The notes beneath the pieces were generated by a model that was given only the letters and a program-made list of their open reading frames with translations, did not search any database and was not told where the DNA came from. A stretch of 64,000 nucleotides of DNA from the human T2T-CHM13v2.0 reference genome, Homo sapiens. Below are positions 1-13,870 of this stretch, piece after piece. The translations under genes and the position numbers were made by a program. Each line of letters opens with the position of its first letter. Positions within the stretch are counted from its first letter, which is position 1. The DNA lies in NCBI RefSeq assembly GCF_009914755.1, contig NC_060926.1; one strand, written 5' to 3'.

Positions 1-3000
1 AGATAAGAATTATACAATACAAATTTAAACAAACAAAGATGACTTACATCCTTTTGAAAAAAACAAGTAGCTAAAAAATAGCAGCCCATGGGCCATGATT
101 TCCCCCACCTGGACTTGAGGCAGTTATCGCTAAAATCTCATTTGTTCCTGCTATGCCTGGATAGAAACTCTGAATCATCCTCCTCTCACAATGTCGGGAA
201 AACACTACCAACTGGTTAAAATTGGTACGCAAGGAAAAATTTATTTACCATCCTATGAGAGATTTATGCTAACTTTACAGCGAAAATTTCTGAAAGTTAT
301 TTGATACCAGTATTGTTTATTGAAATAAACTTTAGGAGGCATTTAAAGAATTGGTTCTCATATATTTGGGTTACATAACATATATCTCCTGCAAAGACCA
401 GATCAGACCCATTTGAAACCTGAGAGTGCTGCCTTAAAAGGAATTCCCAAATTTCCATAAAATAATTAAACTACTCCCTATCTTCCACCCCCAACCACAC
501 CACAAAACTCAAACCCCACCCACCACAAACCTCACGCACACTTTTCCAAGATTTCTGTATTTATGTCAGCACACTAAGGTAATGTGAAATATAGTGTGGA
601 CTCTAAAGCTCGAAAAGTGTAATGAAACTGTTAATTTAACATCAAACTTCTGCTCATACAAATTGTTCCCGATTGCCTGTGGAGCTACTCCCATTGTCAG
701 TAACGAAAGCTTTATATGTAATCGAAGAGCAATGCACAGCCTAAGAAATTTCAATCGCTTTAAGTGAGCATTTTAAATTATAAGACTCTTTTTCTAGTTC
801 TGCAAACAAAACATCTACTATGGCTTATGTATTTAGGTTTCTCAGGAAAATTCAAATTGATATTATTTGTAAATGTTAAAATATTATAATTTGAAGAAAT
901 CATGTAAGGCATCAATTGGATACGATGTAAGAAAGCAAATGTTAGGTTCAATGAAAGATACACAAATTACAGTTTTAACTTCCAAGCTATTACAAATCTA
1001 TCATGCAGCATTTTCGTCTCAGATATACTATGAAATTAAAGATTATTTTACTTGCTGCAATTACACAAAAGCACAGCCATTATGAAGGTATTGTTTTTCA
1101 TGCATGTAGTCTAGTTTTAAAGATTTGTTTATTTTGTTTTGTATTTAAAGAAAAGGCATTATCTGCTCAATTGCCTAGCAAGAAGGTTTTACAAATTTCT
1201 TTCAAGTTCCCATAGAAATGCATTGATTAGAGAATAATTTCTGTTAATATTTTCTTCTGTTCCAGACTCCTCTGCTTGCTTAAACTAACAGGGCACCTGC
1301 CCCTTGCCATCGTTTTCATCTTTTGTTCGGCTCAGTAGGTTACCTAACTGGTGGATTTTATTGAGTTAAATCAAGCTGTCACTTCATCTGCCTGAAGGAT
1401 GACTCAAATACTACACATAATAATAAAAGAAAAGTAGGATAAAATAATCTTGTCAAGCCAGAAAAACTGATTGCTTGAAGTTGTAGCCTTCAATCAATAC
1501 ACTAATTCCACAATTTATACCTTTTTCAATTGGAGGGGAAAGAAACCCTGATATGGTATTTCTTGGCTCACTGACCAACTTTGACCTTCTATCTATGTGA
1601 ATGTAGGATTAACAAGGATTTTTGCTTAGTGAAATCACCTATGAAAATAAGAAAACAAACGTGCACATTTGTGGCTCCAAATAACTATTAATTTCAGAAA
1701 TGCAAGAAATGCCCAGTGTTTATTTACTATGTCTACTAAAATGAAGATTTTCTTTAGCTCCAGGTGAATGGCCTTTACTATTTAAAAATAATTTAAAGCT
1801 AGAATCGGTGCAACAAAACACCTTAAAATTTGGCATGGTATAATCTCCTAAAGATTTTTTTTCATTTGATCTATTTATTAATAGCTTATGCAAAAGAATA
1901 GATAACTAAGCAATATACCACTCTTTCTTTCAAATTGTATACTTGTTTGGTTTCTTACAAAATCTGTCATCTATGGTAAAATAGTCATACCATTCTACTG
2001 AGCTATAGTTATGATTTCATATGGAGTATAATGAACTATTTTTTCACCTGTTATTATTGCTTAAAATAATCTATCATTTTCAAAAGCTTATGTTTGTTTG
2101 TAAATTGTAATTAATTTGCATACCTTTAAAATCAATAAAAACACTTCATTTCAAAATTCTGGACTCTCTTTAACTGTCAGGTTTCTGCTTTCCTTTCATA
2201 ATTTCTCCCCTGCAGGCACCAACCAGGAAATAAAATTCTTTGTTTAGCAAGCCTTTTATATCTCACTAGGCCACCTGCTTACCTTGAATTGTGGCATGCA
2301 ATCAAACAGGATCCCAAAAACTAGTACTTTTTCTTCTAGCCTACATCTTAAATGTATATGAGTGTGTACACCACAAAGCAACCTATAAGCTGAGCCATTA
2401 ACATTTTGACCGAAAACATTTTTAATTCCAAAAACTGAGATGTGCTTGCCCAAATACTTTTGGTTTTAAATAAGTTACCTTTTTACATTATCAAGAAGTA
2501 ATATTTTTATTAAAATGAGAGCAATGAATTATATACGTAGTCTATGTATATTGCATATGTACATATATCTTAAATACACGTATTTCTTGCTGAAATAAGC
2601 TCTTTTAAGCCCGGGCTGTTGTGGAAACACAAGACTATCTTTGTCCTTCCAATATGCTTAATCACATCTCACTGCCAGTTTCAGCTTCTTAAGCCCAGAT
2701 TTGAACTTTTGAAAGAACTGTGTGAGACCGTTCTGTCATGTAAACCATATGAGCAGGATCGTCGAATGCAGTAGAACACAGCAGATCCCCAAATGCTGCT
2801 AGCCTTTAAGAGAATAAATCAGAGTTTGAGATGGGTGAACAAAGAGCTATTTTTTTCTTTACAGGAAACATAAAGATACTTGCCTGACCCAGAGCTTATC
2901 CCCTCAAACCAGACCATGTCCTCCTACTTCTGTGCCATTTAGATGTGTTAAAAGGGGGAAGAAGAGGAAAAAAGAAGACAAAGAAAAAGACTAGAAATCT

Positions 3001-3026
3001 GAAGTGCTTCTCCTCCCTGCAGTCAC

Positions 3027-3028
<2 letters not shown>

Positions 3029-3074
<46 letters not shown>
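3029..3074. repeat. (AC)23 microsatellite
   Basis: Uninterrupted AC run read directly. Confidence 0.98.
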
Positions 3075-3075
<1 letters not shown>

Positions 3076-3228
3076 ACTATTTCTTACCTCCAGTGAAAAA
3101 TAAGCCAAACCACCTCTTTGAAAAGCTTACATTTACACATACGGAAACATATGTTCATTTTCAAATGGTGAAGAAGTGCATTGAAACCAGTACCAAAATT
3201 ATCTAGCAAGTAAATTCCAGGATGTAAT

Positions 3229-3350
3229 TAAAGGTCACCAATGGCTTCCTGTTTCTGCAATCCAATGGACTTGACTAATTTTTCATTCTCTATGATATTT
3301 CAGTAAAATTTCATTCAGTTGGTTAATCTCTTCTTCATTAAAATATTAAC
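3229..3350 (+). mobile_element. L2 fragment
   Basis: aaggtcaccaatgg...aatccaatgg resembles L2 internal sequence; boundaries approximate. Confidence 0.5.
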
Positions 3351-4094
3351 TCTCCTGTATACACTTTCACCTCATATGTGTATTTTACTCTCTTTATATT
3401 CTCTTTGTTCTTTCCTCTACTTTCAGCATTCCACAAGATTCCACCCAGGAACCTGTACTTATATTAATATATATCCTTCTCCCTTCGATAATTCATTTAA
3501 CTGTAAAGGGTTCCATATTCTGACTGAACTATGGACAGCGGTCAATCTAGAGTTCAGGCTTTGGTTCCTAAGAGTCACAAAAATGTCAATAATTAAACAC
3601 AGAGTCAGGCCAAGGAGACAGTGTGGAACCAAGACAAGTACAGGAGTCAGCAGTCAAAGATCAATTGGAAGACCAGGCTGAGTAAAATAAAAAGGAAAGG
3701 AGCATGCCTCTGACAAATGTCAAGATAGTAGAGTGGGCTTCAAACCCAAACAAGTAGCAGAGACCAGAAACATGCATAGTCTTATATACCAAATACCTTA
3801 AAGAGGAAAATCCTGCTTCTAAGACCCTTCATACCAGGCAGAAACCAGTGACTGGTTTCCTAGAGATGGACACTAAGAATACAGGTGTCCCTACTGTTGC
3901 CTTTAAGTCATTCAAAACAATGAAAAGATCCCAAGAATTTTCTCTTCTGTGCAAATATCTACCAAAGCTCCATCTCTAATCAGACCTTTCTATGTTTTCA
4001 GATTTTCAAAAGCTAGCTCTCGCTAGAGGCTCTGTTGTCACTTCAATTTGACAGAAGCTAAACATCTCTTCACTTGAATTCTCTATTTCTGTCC

Positions 4095-4285
4095 ATCATT
4101 CATTTATTTAACCAAATGTGTTAAGTGACCACAGTGTGATAGGCAGTATTCTGGGCAATAAATGAACAGCAGCAAAAAAGGTGACAGAAATATCTCCCCA
4201 GGTAGAGTTTGCATTTTAGGGTGTAAGAAAGACAGACAACAAACAAAATAAATAAGAAAAGTATATAATATGTTCAATTAGAATA
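4095..4285 (-). mobile_element. L2 3' end
   Basis: cattcatttatttaaccaaatg...taggcagtattctggg is the reverse L2 tail; appears to continue at ~10970. Confidence 0.7.
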
Positions 4286-5627
4286 TAATACATATATAAT
4301 AAAGTGTGGATATGGCATCAAGATAGACAAATAAATCAGTGAAATATAATAAAAAGTCTAGAAATAGATCTATATGTATATATAACGGCAACTGGTTTTT
4401 GACAAAAATGAGAATGCAATTTAGTAAAGAGAGAATTGTGTCTCCAATAGATGGAGCGGGAAGAGTTAAATATTCATATGCAAAAAAGAACTTTAATCCA
4501 TACCTCACACCATGTATAAAAATTAGCTCAAAATAAACCATCTCAATAGGATTATATTAAGAAATTGAATTAATAATTAGTAACCTTCCCCCAAAAAAAC
4601 AGCATGAGGCCCTTGTGGGTTCATTAACGAATTCCATGACACATTTAAGGAAGAAAATATACTAATCCTCTACAATCTCTTCCAGAAGAAGAGGCAATAC
4701 TTCCTAACTCATTCTATGAAGCCAGCATTATCCTAATACCCACACCAGACAAAAGCATCACAAGAAAAGAAAACTACAGACCAAAATTCCCATCAACATA
4801 GATGTAAATATCCTCAACTAAAGATTAGAAAATAGAATTTAACGATGTATTTAAGGAGTTATGTACCATGACCAAATAGGATTTATCCCAGGTATGCAGG
4901 CTACTTTAATATCCAAAATCAATTAATATAATTTACCACAGTAACAGGTTAAAAAAGAAAAATCACATGATCGCATCAATAAATGCAAAAGAACATTTGA
5001 CAAAATCCAACACTCACTCATGATAAAAATTCTCATTAAACTGGGAATAGAGAGAAAAGCCCTCAACTTGATAAGGAATTTCTGCAAAAACAAACAGCTA
5101 ATATACTGAGTGGTGGGAAATTTAAAGTTTCCACTAAGATCAGGAATAAAGCAAGGATGTTCCTTCTCACCATCACTTTTCAACATCATAGTGGAAGTCC
5201 TAGTTAATGCTACAGGCGAAGAAAATAAAAAGTATAAATATTGGAGAGAAAAAATTAAAGTTTCTTTGTTACACATGAAATGACTGATGATTGTCTTCGT
5301 AGAAAATCTGAAAGAATTGGCACACACACAGAAACTCCTGTTACTAATAAGCTATTATGGCAAGTTTGCAGGATACAAGGTTAATACACAAAAGTCAATT
5401 GCTTTCTTATACACCAGCAGTGAACTAGTGTAATTTGAAACTAAAAACACAATAATATTTACATTAGTACCCTCTAAAAATGAAATACTTAGGTATAAAT
5501 CCGGCAAAATATATACAAGATCTACATGAGGAAAAGTATAAAACTCTGATGAGAGTTTTTTTAACTAAATAAATGGAAAGGGATTTCATATTCATGGTTA
5601 GGAAGACTCCATATTGTCAAGGTGTTA

Positions 5628-5981
<354 letters not shown>

Positions 5982-6465
5982 TTATTTTGTGGATATTGTG
6001 ATTCCACCAATTGTGATTCTAAAGTTCATATGGAAAAGCAAAAGACCCAGAATAGCCAATTCAATATTGAAGAAGAGCAAAGTCAAAGGACATTCCCTAC
6101 CTGACTTCAAGACTCACTATAAAGTTGCAGTAATTGACATAGTATGGTATTGGCAAAAGAACAGATAAATCGATCAATGAAAGAGATAGAGAGCCCACAT
6201 AAATAGACCCACATAAATTTGATCAATTGATCTTTAACAAAGGAGCAAAGGCAATATAATGAAGAAAAGATAATCCTTTCAATGAATGATGCTGGAACAA
6301 CTAGATATCCAGAAGCAAAAAGATGAATCTAGACACAGACCTTATACCCTCAACAAAAATTAACTCAAAATGGATGTAAAATGACTAAATGTAAAATGCA
6401 AAACTATAAAATTCCCAGAAGAAAACATGGGAGATAATCTAAATGATCTTGAATTTGACAATGAC

Positions 6466-6713
6466 TTTTTTTTTTTTAAGACTGGTTCTTTCTTGAGTGG
6501 CTTTTTTTTTTTATACTTTAAGTTTTAGGGTACATGTGCACAATGTGCAGGTTAGTTACATATGTATACATGTGCCATGCTGGTGTGCTGCACCCATTAA
6601 CTCGTCATTTAGCATTAGGCATATCTCCTAATGCTAGCCCTCCCCCCTTCCCCCACCCCACAACAGTCCCCAAAGTGTGATGTTCCCCTTCCTGTGTCCA
6701 TGTGTTCTCATTG
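6466..6713 (-). mobile_element. 5'-truncated L1PA3-like 3' UTR with two T tracts
   Basis: atactttaagttttagggtacatgtgcac...tgtgttctcattg; TSD tgacttttt at 6462-6470 and 6714-6722. Confidence 0.95.
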
Positions 6714-7052
6714 TGACTTTTTAGATACAACATGAAGGCACAATTCATGAAAGAAAGAATTGATAAACTAGCTGGACCTCATTAAAACTAAACATGTTGC
6801 TGTGCAAAAGACATTACCAAGAGAATAAAAAGACAAGCCACTAACTGTGAAAGAAATATTTGCAAAAGACATATCTGGTTAAGGATTGTTATCCAAAATA
6901 TACAAAGAGCTCTTAAAACTCAACTATAAGAAAACAAACACCTGATTTTAAAATAGGCAGAAGACATGAATAGACACCTCATCAAAATATACAGACGATA
7001 AGTAAGAAAATGAAAAGATGCTCCCCATCATATGTCATCAGGAAAGGACAAA

Positions 7053-7565
7053 TTAATGGGTACAAAATTACAGTTAGACAGGAAGTATAAATTTTAGTGT
7101 TCTATTACACAGTAAGGTGACTATAGCAAATAATAATATCACATATATTTGAAGATAGCCAGAAGAGATTTTTAATGTTGTTATCACTAAGAAATGTATC
7201 CCAGAACTTTAAATTAAATTAAATTATTGATGTTTGCATTTATGCATAAAATTCTATGCATTTATGCACCTGCCTGTATTAGGTACTCAGCACATATTTT
7301 TTCAATGAATGTACGAATAAATAAAGAATATATAATGTTGAGAGAAAAAAATGATAAATGTTTAAAATAATATAAATTATAATTAATCCAATTTGATTAT
7401 TACACTACAGATACATGTGTCAAAACATCACATTGTACCCCATAAATACGTATTAGGTTGGTGCAAAAATAATTGCAGTTTTTGCCATTGACAGTAATGG
7501 TAAAAACTGCAATTACTTTTGCACCTACCTTATACAATTATTACATGTCAATTATAAATTTAAAA
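7053..7565 (+). mobile_element. L1MA-type 3' UTR fragment, interrupted twice
   Basis: ttaatgggtacaaaattacagttaga...catcacattgtacccataaata...tacaattattacatgtcaatt. Confidence 0.8.
7453..7532. mobile_element. MADE1 (Hsmar1 MITE), 80 bp palindrome
   Basis: 37-bp inverted arms starting ttaggttggtgcaaaa, 6-nt spacer, TA duplication at 7451-7452 and 7533-7534. Confidence 0.95.
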
Positions 7566-8759
7566 ATGAAATTTAAAAACTGAGATACCACCATACAGCT
7601 ATTGGAATGACCAAAATCCCAAACACTGTCAACACCAAATACTGGCGAGGATTTGAAGCAACAAACACTCTCAAACATTGCTGGTGGGAATGTGAAATTG
7701 CATAGCTTCTTTGGAATATCGTCTGGTAGTTTGTCACAAAACAAAACATATTCTTTCATACCATATGATCCAAGAATTGTGCTCCTTGGTATTTACCTAA
7801 AAGAGTCAAAAATGTACTTCTGCACAAAAACCTAAACATAGATGTTTATAGCAGCTTTATTCATAAGTGCCAAAACTTAAAAGCAACCAAGATGCCTTTT
7901 GGTAGGTGAGTGGATAAATAAACTATGATACATCCAGGTAATGGAATATTATTCAGAGTTAAAAATAAATTAGCTATTAAGCCATTAAAAGACATGGAGG
8001 AAACTTAAATGCATGTTACTAAGTGAAGAAGGTCAATCTGAAAGATTACAAGCTATATGATTCCAACTCTATAACATCCTGGAAAAGCCAAAACTATAGA
8101 GACAGTACCATTGGTTGTGAGGGGATAGAGGGGAGGGAAAGATAGGGAGAGCACAGAGCATTTTTAGAGCAGTGAAACTACTCTGTAGGATAAAATAATT
8201 GTGAATATATATCATCATAAATATGTCCAAATCCATAGAATGTACATCAAGTGTAAACCCTAATGTAAACTATGGTTCCATTAATAATAACCTATCAATG
8301 TAGGCTTATCAATTGTAACAAATGTCCCACTCTGGTGCAAGTGGTTGACAGTCGAGGAGGCTGTGCATGTATAAAAGCAGATGGCATATGGGTAGTTTCT
8401 GTATCTTCCCTTCAATTTTGCTTTGAACCTAAATCTTCTCCAAAAAATAATCTATTAAAAGATTTAACTAATAAAGAAGCATAGACCAAAATATGTCTTC
8501 ATACTGTAAAATTCTGGAAGAAAGTGTAAGAGAAAATTTTGCGATTAGGTTAGACAAATATTTCATAGATATAATACCTAAAGTAAAATTGCTAATTTCA
8601 TAAATTTTATTTTATCCAAATTTAATACTTCTGCTTTTCAAAAGATGTTGTTAAAATAATGAAAATACAAGCCACAAACTGGCAGAAAACATTTGCAAAT
8701 ACTGTACCTGATAAATTACTTGTATTTCATATTCACTTGTTTAAAACCCTCAAAATTCA

Positions 8760-9918
8760 TCAAGATGGACTAAAGACTTAAATGTTAGACCTAAAACCAT
8801 AAAAACCCTAGAAGAAAACCTAGGCAATACCATTCAGGACATAGGCATGGTCAAGGACTTCATGTCTAAAACACCAAAACCAATGACAACAAAAGACAAA
8901 ATTGACAAATGGGATCTAATTAAACTAAAGAGCTTCTGCACAGCAAAAGAAACTACCATCAGAGTGAACAGGCAACCTACAGAATGGGAGAAAATGTTTG
9001 CAATCTACTCATCTGACAAAAGGCTAATAGCCAGAATCTACAAAGAACTCAAACAAATTTACAAGAAAGAAACAACCCCATCAAAAATTGGGCAAAGGAT
9101 ATGAACAGACACTTCTCAAAAGAAGACATTTATGCAGCCAAAAGACACGAAAAAATGCTCATCATCACTGGCCATCAGAGAAATGCAAATCAAAACCACA
9201 ATGAGATACTACCTCACACCAGTTAGAGTGGCAATCATTAAAGTCAGGAAACAACAGGTGCTGGAGAGGACGTGGAGAAATAGGAACACTTTTACACTGT
9301 TGGTGGAACTGTAAACTAGTTCAACCATTGTGGAAGTCAGTGTGGCAATTCCTCAGGGATCTAGAACTAGAAATACCATTTGACCCAGCCATCCCATTAC
9401 AGGATTATAAATCATGCTGCTATAAAGACACATGCACACATATGTTTACTATGGCACTATTCACAATAGCAAAGACTTGGAACCAACCCAAATGTCCATC
9501 AATGATAGACTGGATTAAGAAAATGTGTCACATATACACCATGGAATACTATGCAGACATAAAAAAGGATGAGTTCATGTCCTTTGTAGGGACATGGATG
9601 AAGCTGGAAACCATCATTCTCAGCAAACTATTGCAAGGACAAAAAACCAAACACTGCATGTTCTCACTCATAGGTGGGAATTGAACAATGAGAACACTTG
9701 GACACAGGAAGGGGAATATCACACACAGGGGCCTGTCATGGGGTGGGAGGAGGAGGGAGGGATAGCATTAGGAGAGATACCTAATGTAAATGACAAGTTA
9801 ATGGGTGCAGCACACCAACATGGTGCATGTATACATATGTAACAAACCTGTACGTTGTGCACGTGTGCCCTAGAACTTAAAGTATAGTTAAAAAAAAAAA
9901 AGAAAAAGAAAAAAAAAT
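8760..9918 (+). mobile_element. 5'-truncated L1PA (PA5-like)
   Basis: ORFs 8847-9684 are frameshifted ORF2 C-terminus ([17 protein letters not shown]...FSLIGGN), then 3' UTR and polyA; 17-bp TSD aaaaccctcaaaa(t/c)tca at 8743-8759 and 9919-9935; TT|AAAA site. Confidence 0.97.
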
Positions 9919-10969
9919 AAAACCCTCAAAACTCAACAATAAGAAAACTACCCAATGAGAAAATAAGCAAAAGATTTTAACAACACTTCAGCAACGAGGA
10001 TACAGGCATGACCAACAAGCAGATAAAATGATATTTGACATCATTAGTAATTTAAGAAATGATTAATAAGTTAAATACGAATGGATTAAAACTACAATAT
10101 TATATCACCTCAGATATATTAGGACAACTAAGGTTAAATGATCAGCCATACAAAATGTGGATGAGAATATGGAGAAAATGAAACTCTCAAATGCTGCTGG
10201 TAGGTATGCAAAGTGATAGAAACACTTTGGAAAACAGTTTGTCAGTTTTATAAAAAGTAAAATATTCAACTACCATATGAGCTAGCCATTCTATCCCTGG
10301 GTAATTACTTAAAAGATATGAAAGCCTATAGTCATAGATAGACTTGCACATGAATGTTCATAGCAGCTTTATTTATCATTACCCAAACCTGGAAACAACT
10401 CAAATGTCCATCAACAGGAGAATGGAAAAACAAAAACTGGTACATTCATTTAATGGAACAGTACTCAGCAGTAAAAAGAAATGGGCCACTGATGCATACA
10501 ACAACATGGATGACTTTCAAAATAAGTATGCTGGAGAAAGAAGTAAGACCCAAAACAAATAAATAAATGAGAAAGAGTGCATATTCTGTTGCTCCTTTTA
10601 TATAAAATTCTAGAAAATCCAAACAACCTATAGTCATAGAAAGCAGATGAGTGGTTGCCTGGGAAATGGGGATGGGTGAAGGAGGAACACGGGGAATGGA
10701 GTGCAAGGGACAGGAGGAAACCTTCGGGGTTATGGTTGTCTTCATTACATTGATTGTGGTGATTGTTCCATGGGTGTAGATATGTGTCAAAACTTATCAA
10801 ATTGCATACTTTAAGTATGTACAGTTTGTTATATATCAATAAAGTTGTTAAAAATAAATATAAGAGAGATGGAGAACAATTAAAATTGATAGTAAGCATG
10901 TGAGCAAAAGAAGCCTGACATGATATGACTATTTTTGTCATTCTTTTGAAAACAAACTATGCAGAGATA

Positions 10970-11460
10970 AAGATAAAAGTAAAGATGTAATTTAAGTGGT
11001 TAATGCAATAAACTAGGCATAATATAATCGTTGCTTGTATCCAGATGATAAAAGTGTAGTGGACAGAAGTAATCAAATTCTGGACATATTTCAGAATAGC
11101 ATCCACAAATTTTGCTCATGGATTAGATGTATAATGTGAGAGAAAAAGATGACTCAAAAATGACCCCAAGGTTTTTGGCCTTAACAATGGAAATAATTTA
11201 ACTGATAAAACTATGAGAATAAATAAGAAATAAGTCCAAACACTGAATCCTAGGACATATCAACACAAACAGTTTGAAAAGAAGAGGAGAATCAACAAAA
11301 AAGACTGAGAAGGATTAGCAAATATGGTGCGAGAAAAAACAGTAGAGTATGGCATTCTGAAAGAAGAGTTGAGTTGAAAATGTGTTTCAAGAAAGGAATA
11401 ATAAGAAAGGAGTGGCAAGTGATAAGAAGATTAAGAGAAATGAGGACTGAGAATTGACCA
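10970..11460 (-). mobile_element. L2 internal fragment
   Basis: ggattagatgt...atgaccccaaggtttttggcc and gaggactgagaattgacca are reverse-strand L2 motifs. Confidence 0.75.
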
Positions 11461-11761
11461 ATCTAAATATGCAAGCAACTCAAATAGTTTTACCAGATAA
11501 ATTGTATTTAGCACTTAGATGTCAGGCCTTGTGCTATGTCCTGGAGGATACAAAAAGCATATAACAGGAAAGGCCCCGGAAATTGGAGATTGGCGCTTTC
11601 AACAGGTAGAGAAAGGAAGATCAATACAGAGCTATCCTGGACCTCAAATTGTTCAAGAATGCTTAAAATAATAAAAAAGAAATAAGGAAAGACTCAAAGG
11701 CAGATAGGTGCAAACCCAAGACATAAATACACACAAAAAATAGCAAATTTAGTGACAGCAA

Positions 11762-12077
11762 TTTATTTATTTATTTTTATTTTTATTTATTTATTTTTTT
11801 TGAGGTGGAGTCTCTCTTTGTCGCCCAGGCTGGAGTGCAGTGGCACGAGCTCACTGCAAGCTCCGCCTCCCGGGTTCACGCCATTCTCCTGCCTCAGCCT
11901 CCGGCGCAGCTGGGACTACAGCCACCCGCCACCACGCCCAGCTAATTTTTTGTATTTTTAATAGAAACGGGGTTTCACCGTGTTAGCCAGGATGGTCTCA
12001 ATCTCCTGACCTCGTGATCCCCCTGCCTCGGCCTCCCAAAGTGCTGGGATTACAGGCGTGAGCCACCGCGCCCAGCC
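11762..12077 (-). mobile_element. AluY
   Basis: Y diagnostics ctgcaagctccgcc, ttcacgccattc, accgtgttagccaggatgg; TSD tgacagcaattt at 11753-11764 and 12079-12090. Confidence 0.97.
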
Positions 12078-12984
12078 ATGACAGCAATTTTCATAAAAAC
12101 TTGAGAACATGGCAGGGATGCACAGAGAAGCAAAGTGGAATTTCATTCATTCATACCCTCAGAAAGCACTTATTAAGCACATAATAGATGCTGAAAACTA
12201 AAGATATAAATCTATGCCTGGGCTCTGGCATGTCATATTCACATACTTACCTTTCTTATATTTTCTTATTTTGTTCTTTAAATCAATTCACTTAAAAAAA
12301 TTACCTTTTTAACTTCTTATATCATTGACAGAAACTAAAACCAGTTACCCTTGCCAGCATACAAAATACAAATTCTAGTAATGTATACCAGAAAATAAAT
12401 TCCTTAATGGAACTACTTACGATTGATTGATAGTGACTGTTAACCAAAATGTCCCTTATTTGGGGATATGAGTCTATGTCAATAGGATTATTTACTTTTT
12501 TAGATTCACTGCTAATAAGTACGAAGAAACATCAAATACTGGGGGTATATGGGAGAAGAAAGTGTAAAAGATACTTGTCTTTCTTCTCTGAATAGTTGAA
12601 TCCTGAGAATTAATTCCTAAACAAATGCTGTGGCATTGCTCAATAAATTTTGTGTCAAGAAACCATCTAAAGCAATCCCAGAATTGTTCTTCTTCTGAAT
12701 ATGTTAAATAATTTGGAACTATACAAAAAGTAGTGGGAAAGTGTTTCTTATTCATTCACAGCTATATAAAATTTCATTTGAAAAAATATTAAGATGGGTG
12801 TTTATCAAGTCTTTCAAGTGTCTTCATGGAATTTAAAATACTTTCAGTGAAGATTCTAGATGGCTATATAGCCAGGATGTTCAGATGACCAAACAGTTTT
12901 CAGCATTTGTTGGTTGTCTGAATGGAAAAATAAGGTTTGGGGCCTTATTTCCAGTGCCCTGGCTATGTGATGTCTGAACACAAT

Positions 12985-13225
12985 AATAATAATGGCTATC
13001 ATTTATTGACTATTAACTATGTATCAGGCACTATTAATGGTGCTTTACATATAACATCTTGTTTAATTCTCACAATAATAATATTATATGAATCTTACTA
13101 TTAACCCAACTTTACAGTTAGAGCAAATTGCTTTCAGAGGAGTGAAGTGATTTTTCTGAGATCACACAGCTAGTATGTTGTAAAGCCATGACTTGGGCAA
13201 AAATCTGCTTCCAGACTCTCTCTTA
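12985..13225 (-). mobile_element. MIR
   Basis: atttattg...caggcact...tttaattctcacaataa...aactttacag...gagatcacacagctagt. Confidence 0.75.
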
Positions 13226-13693
13226 AGCCCCAGAATGGCTGTCTGGGAATTGGAGGCTGCAGTTCTTCCTGTCTTCCTAGGGCATTTGGTTGCAGATTTT
13301 AAGCACCTGATCTTGGATGTGTATCTCACCATTCTCTTTAGGCATTTGGGTATTCTGGCCCTCAGGAACATCCTGAGGATTCTCCTGATCAGAAATCCCA
13401 AGTGCAGCCTAAGAGAAGAGAAGTATATAAGAAGAGAGTGATGGGAGAGGTTGCCATCGGCACTGATGGTCTGTAGCAAGAAAAAGAAAATCACCAACAT
13501 AGTAGTCGCCTCACTCCATCACACACTTATCCCTCTCTCATTCATGTTCTTTCCCTTCCTCTTTCTCCAAAGGGCTCCCCATGTCACGTCTGCTTGTCTT
13601 TCTAGCCATGTCTACCTCTTCTCCAGATTTTGTACCAATTTAAGGAATCCTTAGTCCTGCCAGGCCTCAAGTAGTAAAAAAACTGATCATACT

Positions 13694-13775
13694 CACCTGG
13701 GCCCAGTGGAGGCGGCAGTGAGCTATGGTTTTACCATGGCAACTGTAGCCTGGATGACAGAATAAGACTGGTCTC

Positions 13776-13808
<33 letters not shown>

Positions 13809-13870
13809 AGAAGAAAAATGACTAAATAAAAATCCCTCTGTAACTAAAAAAAAATAAAAAAAATAAAAAA
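13694..13870 (+). mobile_element. TSD-flanked retroposed insert: diverged Alu right-arm fragment + unique sequence + second A tail
   Basis: Identical taaaaaaactgatcatact at 13675-13693 and 13864-13882. Confidence 0.9.

Noticed and set aside
600-1020. Mild CpG excess in AT-rich DNA
   Set aside because: Too few CpGs and too low GC for an island; no supporting structure.
2190-2870. Splice-like sites (plus-strand acceptors at 2215 and 2863; minus-strand donor AAG|GTAAGC at 2283)
   Set aside because: No well-paired partner site; the minus-strand acceptor lacks a pyrimidine tract and the peptide is unrecognised.
12240-12255. Consensus minus-strand donor AG|GTAAGT (another at ~52345)
   Set aside because: Isolated 8-mers are expected a few times in 64 kb; no convincing exon upstream.
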